A DNA stretch of 64,000 nt from an uncultured Candidatus Saccharibacteria bacterium (GTDB lineage: Bacteria > Patescibacteriota > Doudnabacteria > UBA920): contig CAZKVS010000002.1 in assembly GCA_964556325.1 (NCBI GenBank), positions 13,599-77,598 on the forward strand. The letters run 5' to 3'. This document shows positions 26,573 to 36,960 of this stretch, one piece after another (position 1 is the first letter of the stretch; every line of letters begins with the position of its first letter). The notes beneath the pieces were generated by a model that was given only the letters and a program-made list of their open reading frames with translations, was not told the DNA's origin and did not search any database. Both the position numbers and the translations under genes were made by a program.

Positions 26573-27445
26573 ATGCAATACGGTATTCTATTCGCGCTTG
26601 TCGCCCTCCTTGGTTGGGGGCTCGCAGATTTTTTGATAGAAAAAAGTACTCGTAAAATAGGTGACGCGGCCAGCCTCTTTTTTATTACAGCCATCGGCAG
26701 CCTCATCCTGTTGCCATTTGTTTACAAAGACATTGGCCCACTATTGTCGGGACACATGGGCACCACGGAGCTATGGGTGCTTATGGGCGCGGGGTTGTTT
26801 GCGTTAACGGCTTCTTTGTTCGATTTCGAGGCCTTACGCATAGGTAAAATTGCCATTGTTGAACCCATATACGCTATTGAAATTATTGGCACGTTATTAC
26901 TAACGGGCTTTGTCATTGACGAATGGCTCACCTTTGGCCAAACGGTATTAGTCTTGGCTGTCACGCTCGGTATAATTTTAGTTTCTCTAAAGTCCTTCGC
27001 GCATTTTAAAAACATACACCTGGAACGAGGCATTGTCTACGCGTTCATTGCCGCATTGTTTATGGCCGGAGAGAACTTCCTTACGGGCTATGGCTCGAGA
27101 CTCACCAATCCGCTACTCACCAACTGGATTATAGACATGGTCATAACGCTGGTCATGCTCGGCTATCTGGTCACCACCCAACAAATAAAAAGTTTAGGTC
27201 GTGACCTGTGGACACACCCAAAACTCATTTTGAGCGTTAGCATTGCCGATACTATAGGCTGGGTTGCTTTCGCCTATAGTGCCGTCTACATACCCATAGG
27301 CCTTGCTGTGGGCATAAGCGAAGCGTACATAGTACTTGCCGTACTACTCGGACTTTTCATCAACAAAGAAAAATTAAAACACCACCAACTCCTTGGGGCC
27401 TTCACTACCGTTACCGCAGCCATAATTCTCGCGTATATCGCTTAA
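26573..27445 (+). CDS. EamA/DMT-superfamily transporter
   Basis: 10-TM architecture. The 'GWGLADFL' start is typical of EamA domains. Confidence 0.75.
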   Translation: MQYGILFALVALLGWGLADFLIEKSTRKIGDAASLFFITAIGSLILLPFVYKDIGPLLSGHMGTTELWVLMGAGLFALTASLFDFEALRIGKIAIVEPIYAIEIIGTLLLTGFVIDEWLTFGQTVLVLAVTLGIILVSLKSFAHFKNIHLERGIVYAFIAALFMAGENFLTGYGSRLTNPLLTNWIIDMVITLVMLGYLVTTQQIKSLGRDLWTHPKLILSVSIADTIGWVAFAYSAVYIPIGLAVGISEAYIVLAVLLGLFINKEKLKHHQLLGAFTTVTAAIILAYIA

Positions 27446-27511
27446 GATTTTACTGAAAAAACTTACAAACTTAACTGCCAAAACACTATCAATACTTTAA
27501 AAAAAGAACTT

Positions 27512-27545
27512 ATATCTATTTCTGACGGCCGTCAGAAATAGATAT
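27512..27545. repeat. 34-bp perfect palindrome ATATCTATTTCTGACGGCCGTCAGAAATAGATAT (encodes the C-terminus and stop of the PaaX-like gene)
   Basis: Read directly. Core TGACGGCCGTCA. Between convergent genes, so it probably acts as a bidirectional terminator. Confidence 0.85.
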
Positions 27546-28091
27546 AAGCCTACGAAATTGCTTACGCAAATCTGCATCAGTGTCAAAAGCATCTACGCGA
27601 GCAAAACGGATATATCGAGTTAATCCGGAAGCTTTGAGATACGCTATACTGGCCGAACTAAGAGCAAAGGGTTGCACATATACACTAGCCTGCAAAGCCA
27701 CAAACCCATAACCTTTAAGTAGGTTCCGGAGCCTGGCCCTTACTCCCCTTGCGTGTTCCGGTATGTCAAAAATTGCCAAACGCCACTTTCCGTCCCAACG
27801 TTGGGAATGTACATCAAGTTTTGATTTTTCAAACAAAGCTTCAAGCTGACCCTTATTTGTCAATACAAGCACCTTTTTAGCCTCGCCATATTCAAACTTT
27901 AACCAGCCCTGCCGTTTGAGACGCTGTATGGTAGTCTCGAGCTTTCTGCCGGCAACGTATTTTCTATATTCAGGATAGAGCGCCGTACTTAGTTTTCCTA
28001 ACATACTGACTTTTTGTATCTGCCCGCCCGCCTCTAAGAGAGCCAATAATATCTGACTCGTAACAGTCATTCTTTTCTTATCACGGTTCAT
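27516..28091 (-). CDS. PaaX-family-like transcriptional regulator (truncated: wHTH plus WDGKW domain)
   Basis: N-terminal winged-helix-like region, then 'WDGKWRLAIFDIPE...RLRNLLKGYGFVALQASVYVQP', which matches the PaaX middle-domain pattern (WDGKW...GFG.L..S). 191 aa, against about 310 for PaaX. Confidence 0.55.
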   Translation of the reverse strand: MNRDKKRMTVTSQILLALLEAGGQIQKVSMLGKLSTALYPEYRKYVAGRKLETTIQRLKRQGWLKFEYGEAKKVLVLTNKGQLEALFEKSKLDVHSQRWDGKWRLAIFDIPEHARGVRARLRNLLKGYGFVALQASVYVQPFALSSASIAYLKASGLTRYIRFARVDAFDTDADLRKQFRRLISISDGRQK

Positions 28092-28123
28092 ACATTTATT
28101 TTTATTGTTTCCTTTAAATTGTT

Positions 28124-28159
28124 ATAGCTAAAAATGACGGCCGTCATTTTTAGCTATAA
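28124..28159. repeat. 36-bp perfect palindrome TATAGCTAAAAATGACGGCCGTCATTTTTAGCTATA between the PaaX-like start and the dnaJ end
   Basis: Read directly. Same TGACGGCCGTCA core as the palindrome at 27512-27545. Candidate operator and/or dnaJ terminator. Confidence 0.85.
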
Positions 28160-28201
28160 GATGCATATAAAGATGAATGCAAAAAAGACAAAAGACAGCT
28201 G

Positions 28202-29359
28202 TTAGAAGCTGTCTTTTATGTTTTCCCAAAAACTTTTATTTACCTGCGTAGCTTCACCATTTAGGTTGGCAAGCTTTTCTATGAGTTCTTTTTCCTGTTT
28301 GGAAAGCTTGTTTGGCACAATAACACGTACGGTAAGCAGCAAATCCCCCCGTTTACCCGAATTAACAACCGGCACACCCTGTCCAGAGACTTTCAGCACA
28401 GTATTTGGTTGGGTACCACTCGGAACTTTTACTTCTATTGTGCCGTCTATCGTGTGCACTTCTACTTTTGTACCGAGAGTCGCTTGTACAAAGCTAATCG
28501 GCAACTCTTTGTGTAAATTATTTCCATCTCGACGAAACTCCTTGGAGGCCGGCACGCGAATAGTAATGTACAAATCACCCGGGTTGGAGCCCTTATACCC
28601 CACCTCCCCCTCGCCTTGCACGCGTATGCGCTGTCCATTGTCTATACCCGCAGGAATTTTGACTTCCAGAGTCTTTGGTCTTCGCAGTACCCCACTTCCA
28701 CCACACACCGTACACGCAGTCTCGGGCGTTTTACCTTCTCCATCACACTTATCACAGGTACTCGCCGACTGCATGTTGCCAAACACAGTGCGACGAGTCG
28801 TAATAATTTGCCCCTGCCCATGACATTTGCTACAAGTGACTATTTTACTTCCCGGCGCAGCACCCGACCCCGCGCAGACATGACACTTATCACGTTTTTC
28901 CAAAGTCACTGTTTTAGTCACCCCATGCACTGATTCCTCAAAGGAAATAGTAAGTGGCATTTCTAAGTCCACCCCGCGTTCTCGACGAGACTGCCGCTCT
29001 TGCCGCCCACCAAAAATATCAGAAAAAATATCGCCTAAGTCAAAATCTACTCCCGCTTGTCCGCCAAACCCATTGAACCCATTAAAATCGAAACCGCCGC
29101 CAAATGGACCACCCGCTTGTCCACCACGACCGCCCGCACCCGGAGCTTGCTGATAATTTTCCCCAAACCGGTCGTACTGACTACGTTTACCATCGTCAGA
29201 GAGAACCTGGTAGGCTTCGTTTACTTCCTTAAACTTTTGCTCGTTGCCACCCCCCTTATCAGGATGAAACTCATGCGCCTTTTTGCGATAGGCGCGTTTA
29301 ATCTCATCCGCACTTGCGGACTTAGAAATTCCTAAAATGTCGTAAAAATCTTTTGCCAT
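28202..29359 (-). CDS. dnaJ: Chaperone DnaJ
   Basis: J domain '[32 protein letters not shown]', G/F region, four CxxCxGxG zinc-finger repeats. Confidence 0.95.
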   Translation of the reverse strand: MAKDFYDILGISKSASADEIKRAYRKKAHEFHPDKGGGNEQKFKEVNEAYQVLSDDGKRSQYDRFGENYQQAPGAGGRGGQAGGPFGGGFDFNGFNGFGGQAGVDFDLGDIFSDIFGGRQERQSRRERGVDLEMPLTISFEESVHGVTKTVTLEKRDKCHVCAGSGAAPGSKIVTCSKCHGQGQIITTRRTVFGNMQSASTCDKCDGEGKTPETACTVCGGSGVLRRPKTLEVKIPAGIDNGQRIRVQGEGEVGYKGSNPGDLYITIRVPASKEFRRDGNNLHKELPISFVQATLGTKVEVHTIDGTIEVKVPSGTQPNTVLKVSGQGVPVVNSGKRGDLLLTVRVIVPNKLSKQEKELIEKLANLNGEATQVNKSFWENIKDSF

Positions 29360-29382
29360 TTATATAATCCTAATGCTCCGAA

Positions 29383-29438
29383 AAATATCCGAATGTTCCA
29401 AATTTGTTTCATTCGGATACATTCGTAGATTCGGATTA
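29383..29438. repeat. Inverted and direct copies of the CATTCGGAT / CATTCGTAGATTCGGAT motif upstream of dnaJ
   Basis: ATCCGAATG-N15-CATTCGGAT inverted repeat at 29387-29419, followed by CATTCGTAGATTCGGATTA at 29420-29438. The same words occur before topA. Confidence 0.8.
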
Positions 29439-29440
29439 TA

Positions 29441-29749
29441 TTATTCTGTTCTAAACCCAATATGTGGCTGCTGGTCACTGCCTGCTTTTATAGCACCAAA
29501 CTGCTCTTCATACCGCTTAATGTTTTCCTGCAATGCGGCTGCAATGCGCTTCATGTGCTGCGGGGAAAGAATGACCCGAGCTGTGACCGTACCTGTTGGC
29601 GGAAACAAGTTCATGAAATCAATCACAAACTCTTCCGGTGTATGAGCTATTTGAGCCATATTTGCATACACACCTCGGAGCATTTCATCCGTTACTTTTA
29701 CCTGCATTTGTTGCTGACCCTGCTGACCTTGTGGGTTGTTTTCGTTCAT
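29441..29749 (-). CDS. DUF3467-like small protein inserted between dnaK and dnaJ
   Basis: About 100 aa with a 'YANMAQIAHTPEEFVIDF' core resembling DUF3467. Assigned from memory of the family only. Confidence 0.45.
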   Translation of the reverse strand: MNENNPQGQQGQQQMQVKVTDEMLRGVYANMAQIAHTPEEFVIDFMNLFPPTGTVTARVILSPQHMKRIAAALQENIKRYEEQFGAIKAGSDQQPHIGFRTE

Positions 29750-30046
29750 ATAAATTGTGTTTATTGTTAAAAGATACGTTCTACACTATACTGGAGCTGC
29801 AACTTTTTACCTTCCTGGCTAGCTGGACCAGGAAAGAACCTAAAAGGAGGTAACTGCCTATGATGTTTTTGGACAAAAACTCAAACACCATAAACGCATC
29901 GAACGCGCTTAACTGCGCATGAGGTGATCCGGCTATCTCATTGCTGATCTTCTTGCTGACTTACTAGTTAGCTAATCCAAAAGAAAATACAGCGATGTCA
30001 TCCAGCTCAACTCGGGGCGGCCAAATCAATGGCCGCCCCACATTTT

Positions 30047-31924
30047 TTATTCTTTTTCTTTAAACTCCGCGTCTACTGTCGGTCCGGCATCACCAGTGGT
30101 AGCACTATCTCCATTCTGATTACTGCTTTCTGCTTTCTGCTCATCTGCTGCAGCCGGCTGCTCCGCATACATAGCAGCACCAACTTTCTGAATGGCATCA
30201 GACAGTGCAGACATGGCCTTTTGAATAACTTCTGTATCGTCTTTATCTTTCACATCCTTGAGCGCTTTGACTGCTTCTTCCACGGCAGTTTTATCTTCCG
30301 CCTTGGCTTTATCCCCTGCATCCTTCAAGGTCTTTTCAGACACGGCAATAAGTTGGTCAGCCTGGTTGCGCAAATCCACCACTTCACGACGCTTCTTGTC
30401 TTCTGACGCGTGAGTTTCTGCTTCTTGGCGCATTCGCTCTACTTCGTCCTTAGAAAGGCTGCTCGAACCTTGAATGGTTATGTGCTGTTCCTTACCGGTA
30501 GCTTTATCTTTTGCTTTTACCGTAAGAATACCGTTTGCATCTATATCAAAGGTTACTTCAATTTGTGGGACACCACGAGGTGCTGGGGGCACACCGTCTA
30601 AAATAAACTTACCGAGTGCTTTGTTATCTGCCGCAAACTCACGCTCGCCCTGAAGTACGTGAATTTCTACTGAGGTCTGGTTATCGGCCGCGGTAGAAAA
30701 CACCTGACTCTTAGACGTTGGCACTGTGGTGTTGCGGTCTATAATTGGTGTGCGAACACCACCCATAGTTTCTAAACCAAGCGTAAGTGGAGTCACATCC
30801 AGCAACAAAATTTCCTTACCCTGTACATCACCAGAGAGTATACCAGCCTGAATGGCCGCACCCTTCGCCACGGCTTCCATTGGATCCACACCACGCTCTA
30901 CCTGCTTGCCTATAAATTCCTCTACAAATTTCTGTACCACCGGCATGCGAGTAGGGCCACCAATGAGAATAATCTTTTCAATTTGTGGTGGAGTTAGCTT
31001 GGCATCGTTTAAGGCTTGAGTTACCGGCTGGCGCATACGCTCCACAATTGGCTTCACCAAGTCCTCTAAACGAGCACGGGTAATTTTCATTTGCAAGTGC
31101 TTTGGACCACCGGCGTCCGCAGTAATGAACGGCAAGTTTATTTCCGTCTCTAAGGTGGTAGAAAGCTCAATTTTGGCCTTTTCCGCCGCTTCACGCACGC
31201 GGTTCATAGCCATGCGGTCAGCCGAAACATCTATACCACTTTGAGCTTTAAACTCACCGGTAATAAAATCAATTAAAGCCTTGTCCATATCTTTACCACC
31301 AAGAGCAGTATCACCAGAAGTAGAAAGCACTTCAAAGGTTGCTTGGTTGTCTACTTCAGAGAAGTCCATAATGGTTACGTCCAACGTACCACCACCAAGG
31401 TCAAACACTAAAATTTTCTGGTCTTTCGCAGAAGTCTTGTCTAAGCCATAGGCGAATGCTGCAGCAGTTGGTTCGTTTATTACACGTACCACTTCAAGTC
31501 CGGCAATTTCACCGGCATTTTTTGTAGCTTGACGCTGCGCATCGTCAAAGTAGGCCGGTACTGTAATAACTGCCTTCTCTACCTTATCACCCGTGTAAGC
31601 TTCTGCATCTCGCTTAATTTTTTGTAAAATGTACGCAGAAATTTGCTCTGGGGCGTATTCCTTACCGTTCACCGTAAACTTTTCTTTGGTGCCCATTTTA
31701 CGCTTAGCTTCAAAAATGGTGCCATCTGGGTTGGTCACTGCCTGCCGACGGGCCGGTTCACCCACTAACAGTTCACCTTCTTTGGTAAACGCAACATAGG
31801 AAGGAAATGCTTTTCCACCTAGACTCGCACCTTCTGCTGCAGGAATAATCACTGCTTTACCACCTTCCATTACGCTTGCGGCGGAGTTGGAAGTACCTAA
31901 ATCTATACCAATTATTTTACTCAT
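30047..31924 (-). CDS. dnaK: Chaperone DnaK (Hsp70)
   Basis: '[14 protein letters not shown]', 'DLGGGTLD' and others. 625 aa. Confidence 0.97.
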   Translation of the reverse strand: MSKIIGIDLGTSNSAASVMEGGKAVIIPAAEGASLGGKAFPSYVAFTKEGELLVGEPARRQAVTNPDGTIFEAKRKMGTKEKFTVNGKEYAPEQISAYILQKIKRDAEAYTGDKVEKAVITVPAYFDDAQRQATKNAGEIAGLEVVRVINEPTAAAFAYGLDKTSAKDQKILVFDLGGGTLDVTIMDFSEVDNQATFEVLSTSGDTALGGKDMDKALIDFITGEFKAQSGIDVSADRMAMNRVREAAEKAKIELSTTLETEINLPFITADAGGPKHLQMKITRARLEDLVKPIVERMRQPVTQALNDAKLTPPQIEKIILIGGPTRMPVVQKFVEEFIGKQVERGVDPMEAVAKGAAIQAGILSGDVQGKEILLLDVTPLTLGLETMGGVRTPIIDRNTTVPTSKSQVFSTAADNQTSVEIHVLQGEREFAADNKALGKFILDGVPPAPRGVPQIEVTFDIDANGILTVKAKDKATGKEQHITIQGSSSLSKDEVERMRQEAETHASEDKKRREVVDLRNQADQLIAVSEKTLKDAGDKAKAEDKTAVEEAVKALKDVKDKDDTEVIQKAMSALSDAIQKVGAAMYAEQPAAADEQKAESSNQNGDSATTGDAGPTVDAEFKEKE

Positions 31925-31941
31925 ATATTATTCTCCTTGCC

Positions 31942-32367
31942 TTAGTTATTATCTCTCGCCAAAATTAAATCTTTTAATTTACTAATATACTCTTCCCTAT
32001 TCAGAGTCTTAGGAATATAGCCAAACCATAATGAATCTGGAGTTAGAACTTCCCATGCATTATTTTCATACAATTTTCTGATTGCGGGTGTTTTTTGTAA
32101 ATTCATCTGCGCCACGAAATTTAATACAATGGCGGGAGTTTGCTCAGCTTCCAATCTCTGATTTACTTGCTCCAACAATTTATTGCCCAATCCTTGTCCC
32201 TGAAACTCAGGCGAAATATCTAAACTTTCCAAATAGTAATAATTAAACGGCTCTGAGTATCGCTCCAACATGGCATATCCCACCTCTGTACCGTCAACGT
32301 ATAACGCTTCCTTATTCGGGCTCTGGTTATCAATACTTTGTAATAACTCCGAATTATTAGATTTCAT
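31942..32367 (-). CDS. GNAT-family N-acetyltransferase
   Basis: 'QGQGLGNKLLE' acetyl-CoA-binding motif. 141 aa. Lies between grpE and dnaK. Confidence 0.7.
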   Translation of the reverse strand: MKSNNSELLQSIDNQSPNKEALYVDGTEVGYAMLERYSEPFNYYYLESLDISPEFQGQGLGNKLLEQVNQRLEAEQTPAIVLNFVAQMNLQKTPAIRKLYENNAWEVLTPDSLWFGYIPKTLNREEYISKLKDLILARDNN

Positions 32368-32456
32368 ATTCTAGTCATCTGAACTCAGCAAATTTACATA
32401 AGTTAATTAAGTGTCGAATCTTTTAACATCGTTAACTATACAAGGAACAGAGCAAA

Positions 32457-32702
32457 TTAGTGACTCAAAAATAAACTCAGAAAATATCCGCCAATTGCTG
32501 CCAATGCTAGTAGTGCCGCTGTTATTTTAAACTTATTGCTACTGAATAGCGCGGCTAGCTGGCTCTTCAAGGGCAGGCCCGGGCTAAACAGTGGCTCTTC
32601 GTAATTCTGATTATCCTTAATTGGATTTGGAAGTGGAGGCATGCTACTCTTTTTTACTAATTGCGACCTGGGCCGGACGAATAAGTTTCCCATTAAGCTC
32701 AA
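32457..32702 (-). CDS. Small hypothetical protein with a C-terminal TM helix
   Basis: 81 aa ORF. 'ITAALLALAAIGGYFLSLFL' TM segment. Weakly supported. Confidence 0.3.
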   Translation of the reverse strand: MSLMGNLFVRPRSQLVKKSSMPPLPNPIKDNQNYEEPLFSPGLPLKSQLAALFSSNKFKITAALLALAAIGGYFLSLFLSH

Positions 32703-32796
32703 AGCCAGTTTGATATTCCTGCTATTATAGGGGCTTGCGTCGCCCCCTCCAACCAGCGAAGCTGGATTGGAGCCTCCCCCTCTCGCGCTCTCAGCG

Positions 32797-33321
32797 CTAC
32801 GTCTTTTTGCTGACTGCTACCTGGCTAGGTCTTATCATCTTGCCATTAAGTATAAAACCTGACTGATACTCTTCTATAACCATGCCGTCTTCTTCTCCGG
32901 GGACTTCTCTAACTGCTTCATGGAAGTTAGGGTCAAACTTTTTACCTACCGCCTCTATCTTCTTCACGCCTAGCTCTTCCAATGCCTTGTCGAGCTGCTT
33001 CACCAAGCCATCCAAACCACTTTGCCACTTCCCATATTCTTCTGCGAGCTTAGTGTCATCTGCGACTGGTCGATGCACAAGCGCTTGCTCCAGCGTATCC
33101 AACGAAGGAAGGAGTTTGGCGACTGCAACTTCTCGCGCGAAATCTATAAGCTCTTTATTCTCATTCTCTTTCCGTTTCTGATAGTTCTGAAAATCTGCTT
33201 CGCTGCGCTTCCAGCCATTTAGGTTCGCTTCGGCTTCCTTTTGCGCCGCCTCGAGCTGTTGTTGTAGGTCTGTTATAGATACATCCTGCGCCTGAGTATC
33301 GTCTTGTGTTTGGTCATCCAT
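32797..33321 (-). CDS. grpE: Nucleotide exchange factor GrpE
   Basis: Coiled-coil N-terminus plus 'VAVAKLLPSLDTLEQA' and a C-terminal beta domain typical of GrpE. Confidence 0.85.
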   Translation of the reverse strand: MDDQTQDDTQAQDVSITDLQQQLEAAQKEAEANLNGWKRSEADFQNYQKRKENENKELIDFAREVAVAKLLPSLDTLEQALVHRPVADDTKLAEEYGKWQSGLDGLVKQLDKALEELGVKKIEAVGKKFDPNFHEAVREVPGEEDGMVIEEYQSGFILNGKMIRPSQVAVSKKT

Positions 33322-33352
33322 ACGTCATGTCCAAAATTAATTCTGGTCAATT

Positions 33353-34114
33353 TTATTTAATTATGGTCAATAATATTATTGCTGCGCCTCCCCCACCCAA
33401 CAGCTTTGCAATATACTCCATCAAGCCCATATTCTTCTCGTATTTCATGGACTTTGGGCCAAGCAAGCCTACTACACCCTGTTTACCATCTGGTAATTGT
33501 ACGCCTGAGACTATCATAGAGTAGTCGCTCTTTTCGGACAGCTTTACTTCTTTTCCTATCACTGCTTGCGCACTGCCATTGGCGTAGTCTCGCATCATGT
33601 TTTCCGCGTGTTCGTCTATGTTGTCAAAAAAACGAGCAATCTCTCGAGCATCTTCCGGTGGTAAGGCAGGATTATCTAAAATATTCGCCAAACCCATAGT
33701 AGAAGTATCGCCGGGGAACAAAGCAAAGCTGGCCTGTTCAGAACTGTCTGCCAAGAGCTTGGCAAGCCTTCGGCCCACCTCGGCATTTACCACCTGCAAC
33801 TTTACTACTTCCTTCCGTAAGCGATCTTGCTCTTTCATAGAGAGCTTTACTCGCTCCATAAGCTCGCTCACAAAATACCGAAAGCCCATGTCGGTTGGTA
33901 CCCGACCGGCTGAGGTATGCGGCTGCATAATGTAGCCCTCTTTTTCCAGCACTTGCATCTCGTTACGAATAGTAGCACCGGACAAGTCAAAATAGTCTTT
34001 GTCGACTAAATCTTTGCTCGCCACCGGCACACCAGTATCGCAGTTTTCTTTTACTATTGCGGCCAATATTCTGGCTTGGCGCTGAGTTATTTCTGGGTAG
34101 TTTGCCATACTCAT
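33353..34114 (-). CDS. hrcA: Heat-inducible transcription repressor HrcA (short form)
   Basis: N-terminal wHTH 'ITQRQARILAAIVKENCDTGVPVASKDL' typical of HrcA. Gene order hrcA-grpE-dnaK-dnaJ. CIRCE element immediately upstream. Confidence 0.8.
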   Translation of the reverse strand: MSMANYPEITQRQARILAAIVKENCDTGVPVASKDLVDKDYFDLSGATIRNEMQVLEKEGYIMQPHTSAGRVPTDMGFRYFVSELMERVKLSMKEQDRLRKEVVKLQVVNAEVGRRLAKLLADSSEQASFALFPGDTSTMGLANILDNPALPPEDAREIARFFDNIDEHAENMMRDYANGSAQAVIGKEVKLSEKSDYSMIVSGVQLPDGKQGVVGLLGPKSMKYEKNMGLMEYIAKLLGGGGAAIILLTIIK

Positions 34115-34130
34115 ACACCATATAAAATAA

Positions 34131-34157
34131 TTAGCACTCTGTCAAGTAGAGTGCTAA
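34131..34157 (-). promoter_or_regulatory. CIRCE operator (TTAGCACTC-N9-GAGTGCTAA) upstream of hrcA
   Basis: Exact match to the CIRCE consensus: TTAGCACTCTGTCAAGTAGAGTGCTAA. Confidence 0.85.
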
Positions 34158-34264
34158 TTAAACTTTTCTGTGCATAACTATATGTAAAGTTTACTTGACA
34201 CTGCTTCTCTACCTGCTATGGTATAGCTAATAAGCTAGATAGTAACTAATTACACCCAATTCAT

Positions 34265-34831
34265 ATGAACTATAAAATAGCTGGCGGCGTGCTCGTCGCG
34301 GCAATAATAATCGGCGGCATCGCGTTCGCATCAAGCCAGATGCAACGCGGGGACACGGCCGCTGCCACCCCCATCGTAAACCCTGAGCAATCCGTGGCCG
34401 ACTCTATGGAAGCCGTGGATGCAAAGAGAGAACAAGAAACCTCGGAAAGTATGACGAAAGAAAAAGCGGCCTACGATGCCAACAAGACTTCGGAAACCAA
34501 AGAGAGCGCAACTGCTAAGTCCGGAGAATACCTAGACTACTCCCCGGAAACTCTACAAGCAGAACTTGCCGAAGGCCACAAAGTCGTACTTTTCTTCCAT
34601 GCTCCTTGGTGCCCATTCTGCAAAGCGGCCGACGTAGCCTTTAAAGCCAAATTGGATCAAATTCCTACCAATGTCGTGGTGCTTAAAACTGATTACGATA
34701 GCAACTCAACACTCAAACAAAAATACGGCGTTACCTATCAACATACCTTCGTACAAATTGACAAGGACGGCAACATGATAACCAAGTGGAACGGCGGAGA
34801 CTTGGATAACTTGAGGAAATACCTCAAGTAA
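34265..34831 (+). CDS. Membrane-anchored thioredoxin-family protein (WCPFC active site)
   Basis: N-terminal TM helix. 'LFFHAPWCPFCKA' thioredoxin-fold CxxC motif. Confidence 0.75.
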   Translation: MNYKIAGGVLVAAIIIGGIAFASSQMQRGDTAAATPIVNPEQSVADSMEAVDAKREQETSESMTKEKAAYDANKTSETKESATAKSGEYLDYSPETLQAELAEGHKVVLFFHAPWCPFCKAADVAFKAKLDQIPTNVVVLKTDYDSNSTLKQKYGVTYQHTFVQIDKDGNMITKWNGGDLDNLRKYLK

Positions 34832-34920
34832 ATTTCCAATTCCTAATTTCTAATGTCTAATGACACACAAGAAATTAGTACTCTTATCATTTGGTATTAG
34901 AAATTAGATATTAGATATTT

Positions 34921-36600
34921 ATGCTACAGATACTTCTCGCACTTATTGCCGGCATCCTCACAATAGCCGCGCCGTGCATCTTGCTCCCCCTCCCAATACT
35001 CCTCGGGTCCTCGGTTGGTCAGAAAAGTAAAACCCGACCACTGTTCATTACTCTGGGCTTTGTTATTACATTTGCGATTCTGGGCATAGCCCTAAACTTC
35101 CTAGTACAAAATCTGGGACTAAACCCCAATACTCTACGTACTGTTGCAGTAGTACTGCTGGCCTTATTCGCTGTGTTCATGATATGGCCAACACCCTTTG
35201 AAAAGCTAACCCAACACATGAGCGGACTTATTAATCGGGCAGCTAAGACCGGGCAGGCAGCTGGAACCGGTAATGCAGGTGGGTTTGTAATGGGCGTGGT
35301 TATAGGCGTCATATGGGCGCCATGCGCAGGGCCCATCTTAGGTTCTATACTTACACTTATTGCTCAGGAATCAAACACTATTAAAGCGTTAGGTCTATTA
35401 GTTGCCTACGCAATTGGTGCCGGTATTCCTATGCTGCTTATTGCCTATGGCGGACAAGCCATAACGGGGAAAATCCGCTTCATCGCTCAATACGCAACCA
35501 GACTACAACAAGTATTTGGTGTTATCCTCTTGCTTTTAGCTGTAGCTATACACTTTCAGTACGATACGCTACTACAAGCAAAACTGCTCACTCGGTTTCC
35601 CTTCCTCAATGGAGGTATAGAGTCAAAAGTATTATGCCAAGTGCCTGGTTATATAGCCCAAGGTGATGAATGCAACCAAAAAGACAACGGTATACCCGTA
35701 CTAGAAAAACCCGCCACTGCACCCAAGGCTCCGGAGTTCGCAGGCATTAGTCACTGGCTGAACACTGACCGCCCGCTTACCATAAGCGAACTTAAAGGTA
35801 AGGTAGTCTTGATAGACTTCTGGACTTACTCGTGTATTAACTGCATACGCACACTCCCCTACGTAACCAAACTCTACGACACATATAAAGATAAAGGGTT
35901 GGTGGTAGTGGGCGTGCACACCCCAGAATTCCCCTTTGAAAAAGATACGAGCAACGTAGCCAGGGCAATTCAACAACACAGCATTCACTATCCCGTCGCC
36001 CAAGACAATGACTTTAGTACCTGGACCGCATACGGTAACCACTATTGGCCAGCTGAGTACCTCATTGATCAAAATGGGAGCATTGTATACACCCATTTTG
36101 GCGAAGGCAAATACGACCAAACCGAAATGGCCATTAAGCAATTACTCGGTCTTTCCGGTGGGGCAACGGTTGATAGCGGCTCAGATCTCTCTCAAGTGAA
36201 GTCACCGGAAATGTATTTTGGCTATGAACGAGTTGAATTTCTAGCAAACGGCCGAGGTCAATCAGACGAACAGGAGTATGTGATACCCAATAGGCTCGAT
36301 CTAAACAAATTCGCCTTATCCGGAACTTGGAAACTTGAGGCAGACAAAGCTGTACTAGTACGCGGTGTGGGCAAAATTAAACTCCACTTTAAGTCTGCTA
36401 AAGTGCATATGGTTGCCAGCAGTCCAAAACCCGGTGGACATAGCATTACCGTTCGGGTAGACAACTATCCTGCTACCATACTAAATGTAAGCAACGCCGA
36501 CCTTTACACCGTCTTTGACTCTACCAATTACGGAGACCATGTATTAGAAATAACCATCCCCGATGCAGGCTTCGAAGCTTTTACGTTTACGTTTGGGTAG
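34921..36600 (+). CDS. Fusion of a CcdA/DsbD-type transmembrane thiol-disulfide electron-transfer domain with a TlpA/ResA-like thioredoxin domain and a C-terminal beta-rich domain
   Basis: N-terminal about 230 aa with a 6-TM CcdA-like pattern and paired Cys (…APC…, …APCAGP…). 'LIDFWTYSCINCIRTLP' TlpA-type CxxC. 559 aa. Confidence 0.7.
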   Translation: MLQILLALIAGILTIAAPCILLPLPILLGSSVGQKSKTRPLFITLGFVITFAILGIALNFLVQNLGLNPNTLRTVAVVLLALFAVFMIWPTPFEKLTQHMSGLINRAAKTGQAAGTGNAGGFVMGVVIGVIWAPCAGPILGSILTLIAQESNTIKALGLLVAYAIGAGIPMLLIAYGGQAITGKIRFIAQYATRLQQVFGVILLLLAVAIHFQYDTLLQAKLLTRFPFLNGGIESKVLCQVPGYIAQGDECNQKDNGIPVLEKPATAPKAPEFAGISHWLNTDRPLTISELKGKVVLIDFWTYSCINCIRTLPYVTKLYDTYKDKGLVVVGVHTPEFPFEKDTSNVARAIQQHSIHYPVAQDNDFSTWTAYGNHYWPAEYLIDQNGSIVYTHFGEGKYDQTEMAIKQLLGLSGGATVDSGSDLSQVKSPEMYFGYERVEFLANGRGQSDEQEYVIPNRLDLNKFALSGTWKLEADKAVLVRGVGKIKLHFKSAKVHMVASSPKPGGHSITVRVDNYPATILNVSNADLYTVFDSTNYGDHVLEITIPDAGFEAFTFTFG

Positions 36601-36682
36601 AAAGTAAATAGAAATCAGAAAATAGTAAACAGACCAAATAACTCCTTCTGATTTCTACTTTCTGATTACTGATTTCTCAAAC

Positions 36683-36886
36683 ATGACCATCCATAACTCT
36701 ATAAAAGAATACCGCACCACCGAGAACATGACCCAAGAAGACCTTGCGGCGTCGGTTGGCGTATCCAGGCAGACTATTATTGCTATGGAAAAAGGCAACT
36801 ACACTCCCTCGCTCATGCTTGCCCTGCAGCTTGCTCAGGTGTTTAAAGTGAAAGTCGAAGACCTCTTTAATCTAGGTTCAAGGTGA
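36683..36886 (+). CDS. XRE-family (Cro/C1-type HTH) transcriptional regulator
   Basis: 'MTQEDLAASVGVSRQTIIAMEKGNYTPSL' HTH. 67 aa. Confidence 0.8.
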   Translation: MTIHNSIKEYRTTENMTQEDLAASVGVSRQTIIAMEKGNYTPSLMLALQLAQVFKVKVEDLFNLGSR

Positions 36887-36960
36887 CAGGTTCAAGGCTA
36901 GAGTAGTACACTACCTATATAGTTCAACCTTGTCCCTTAAACCTCGAATCTCATTAGCTT

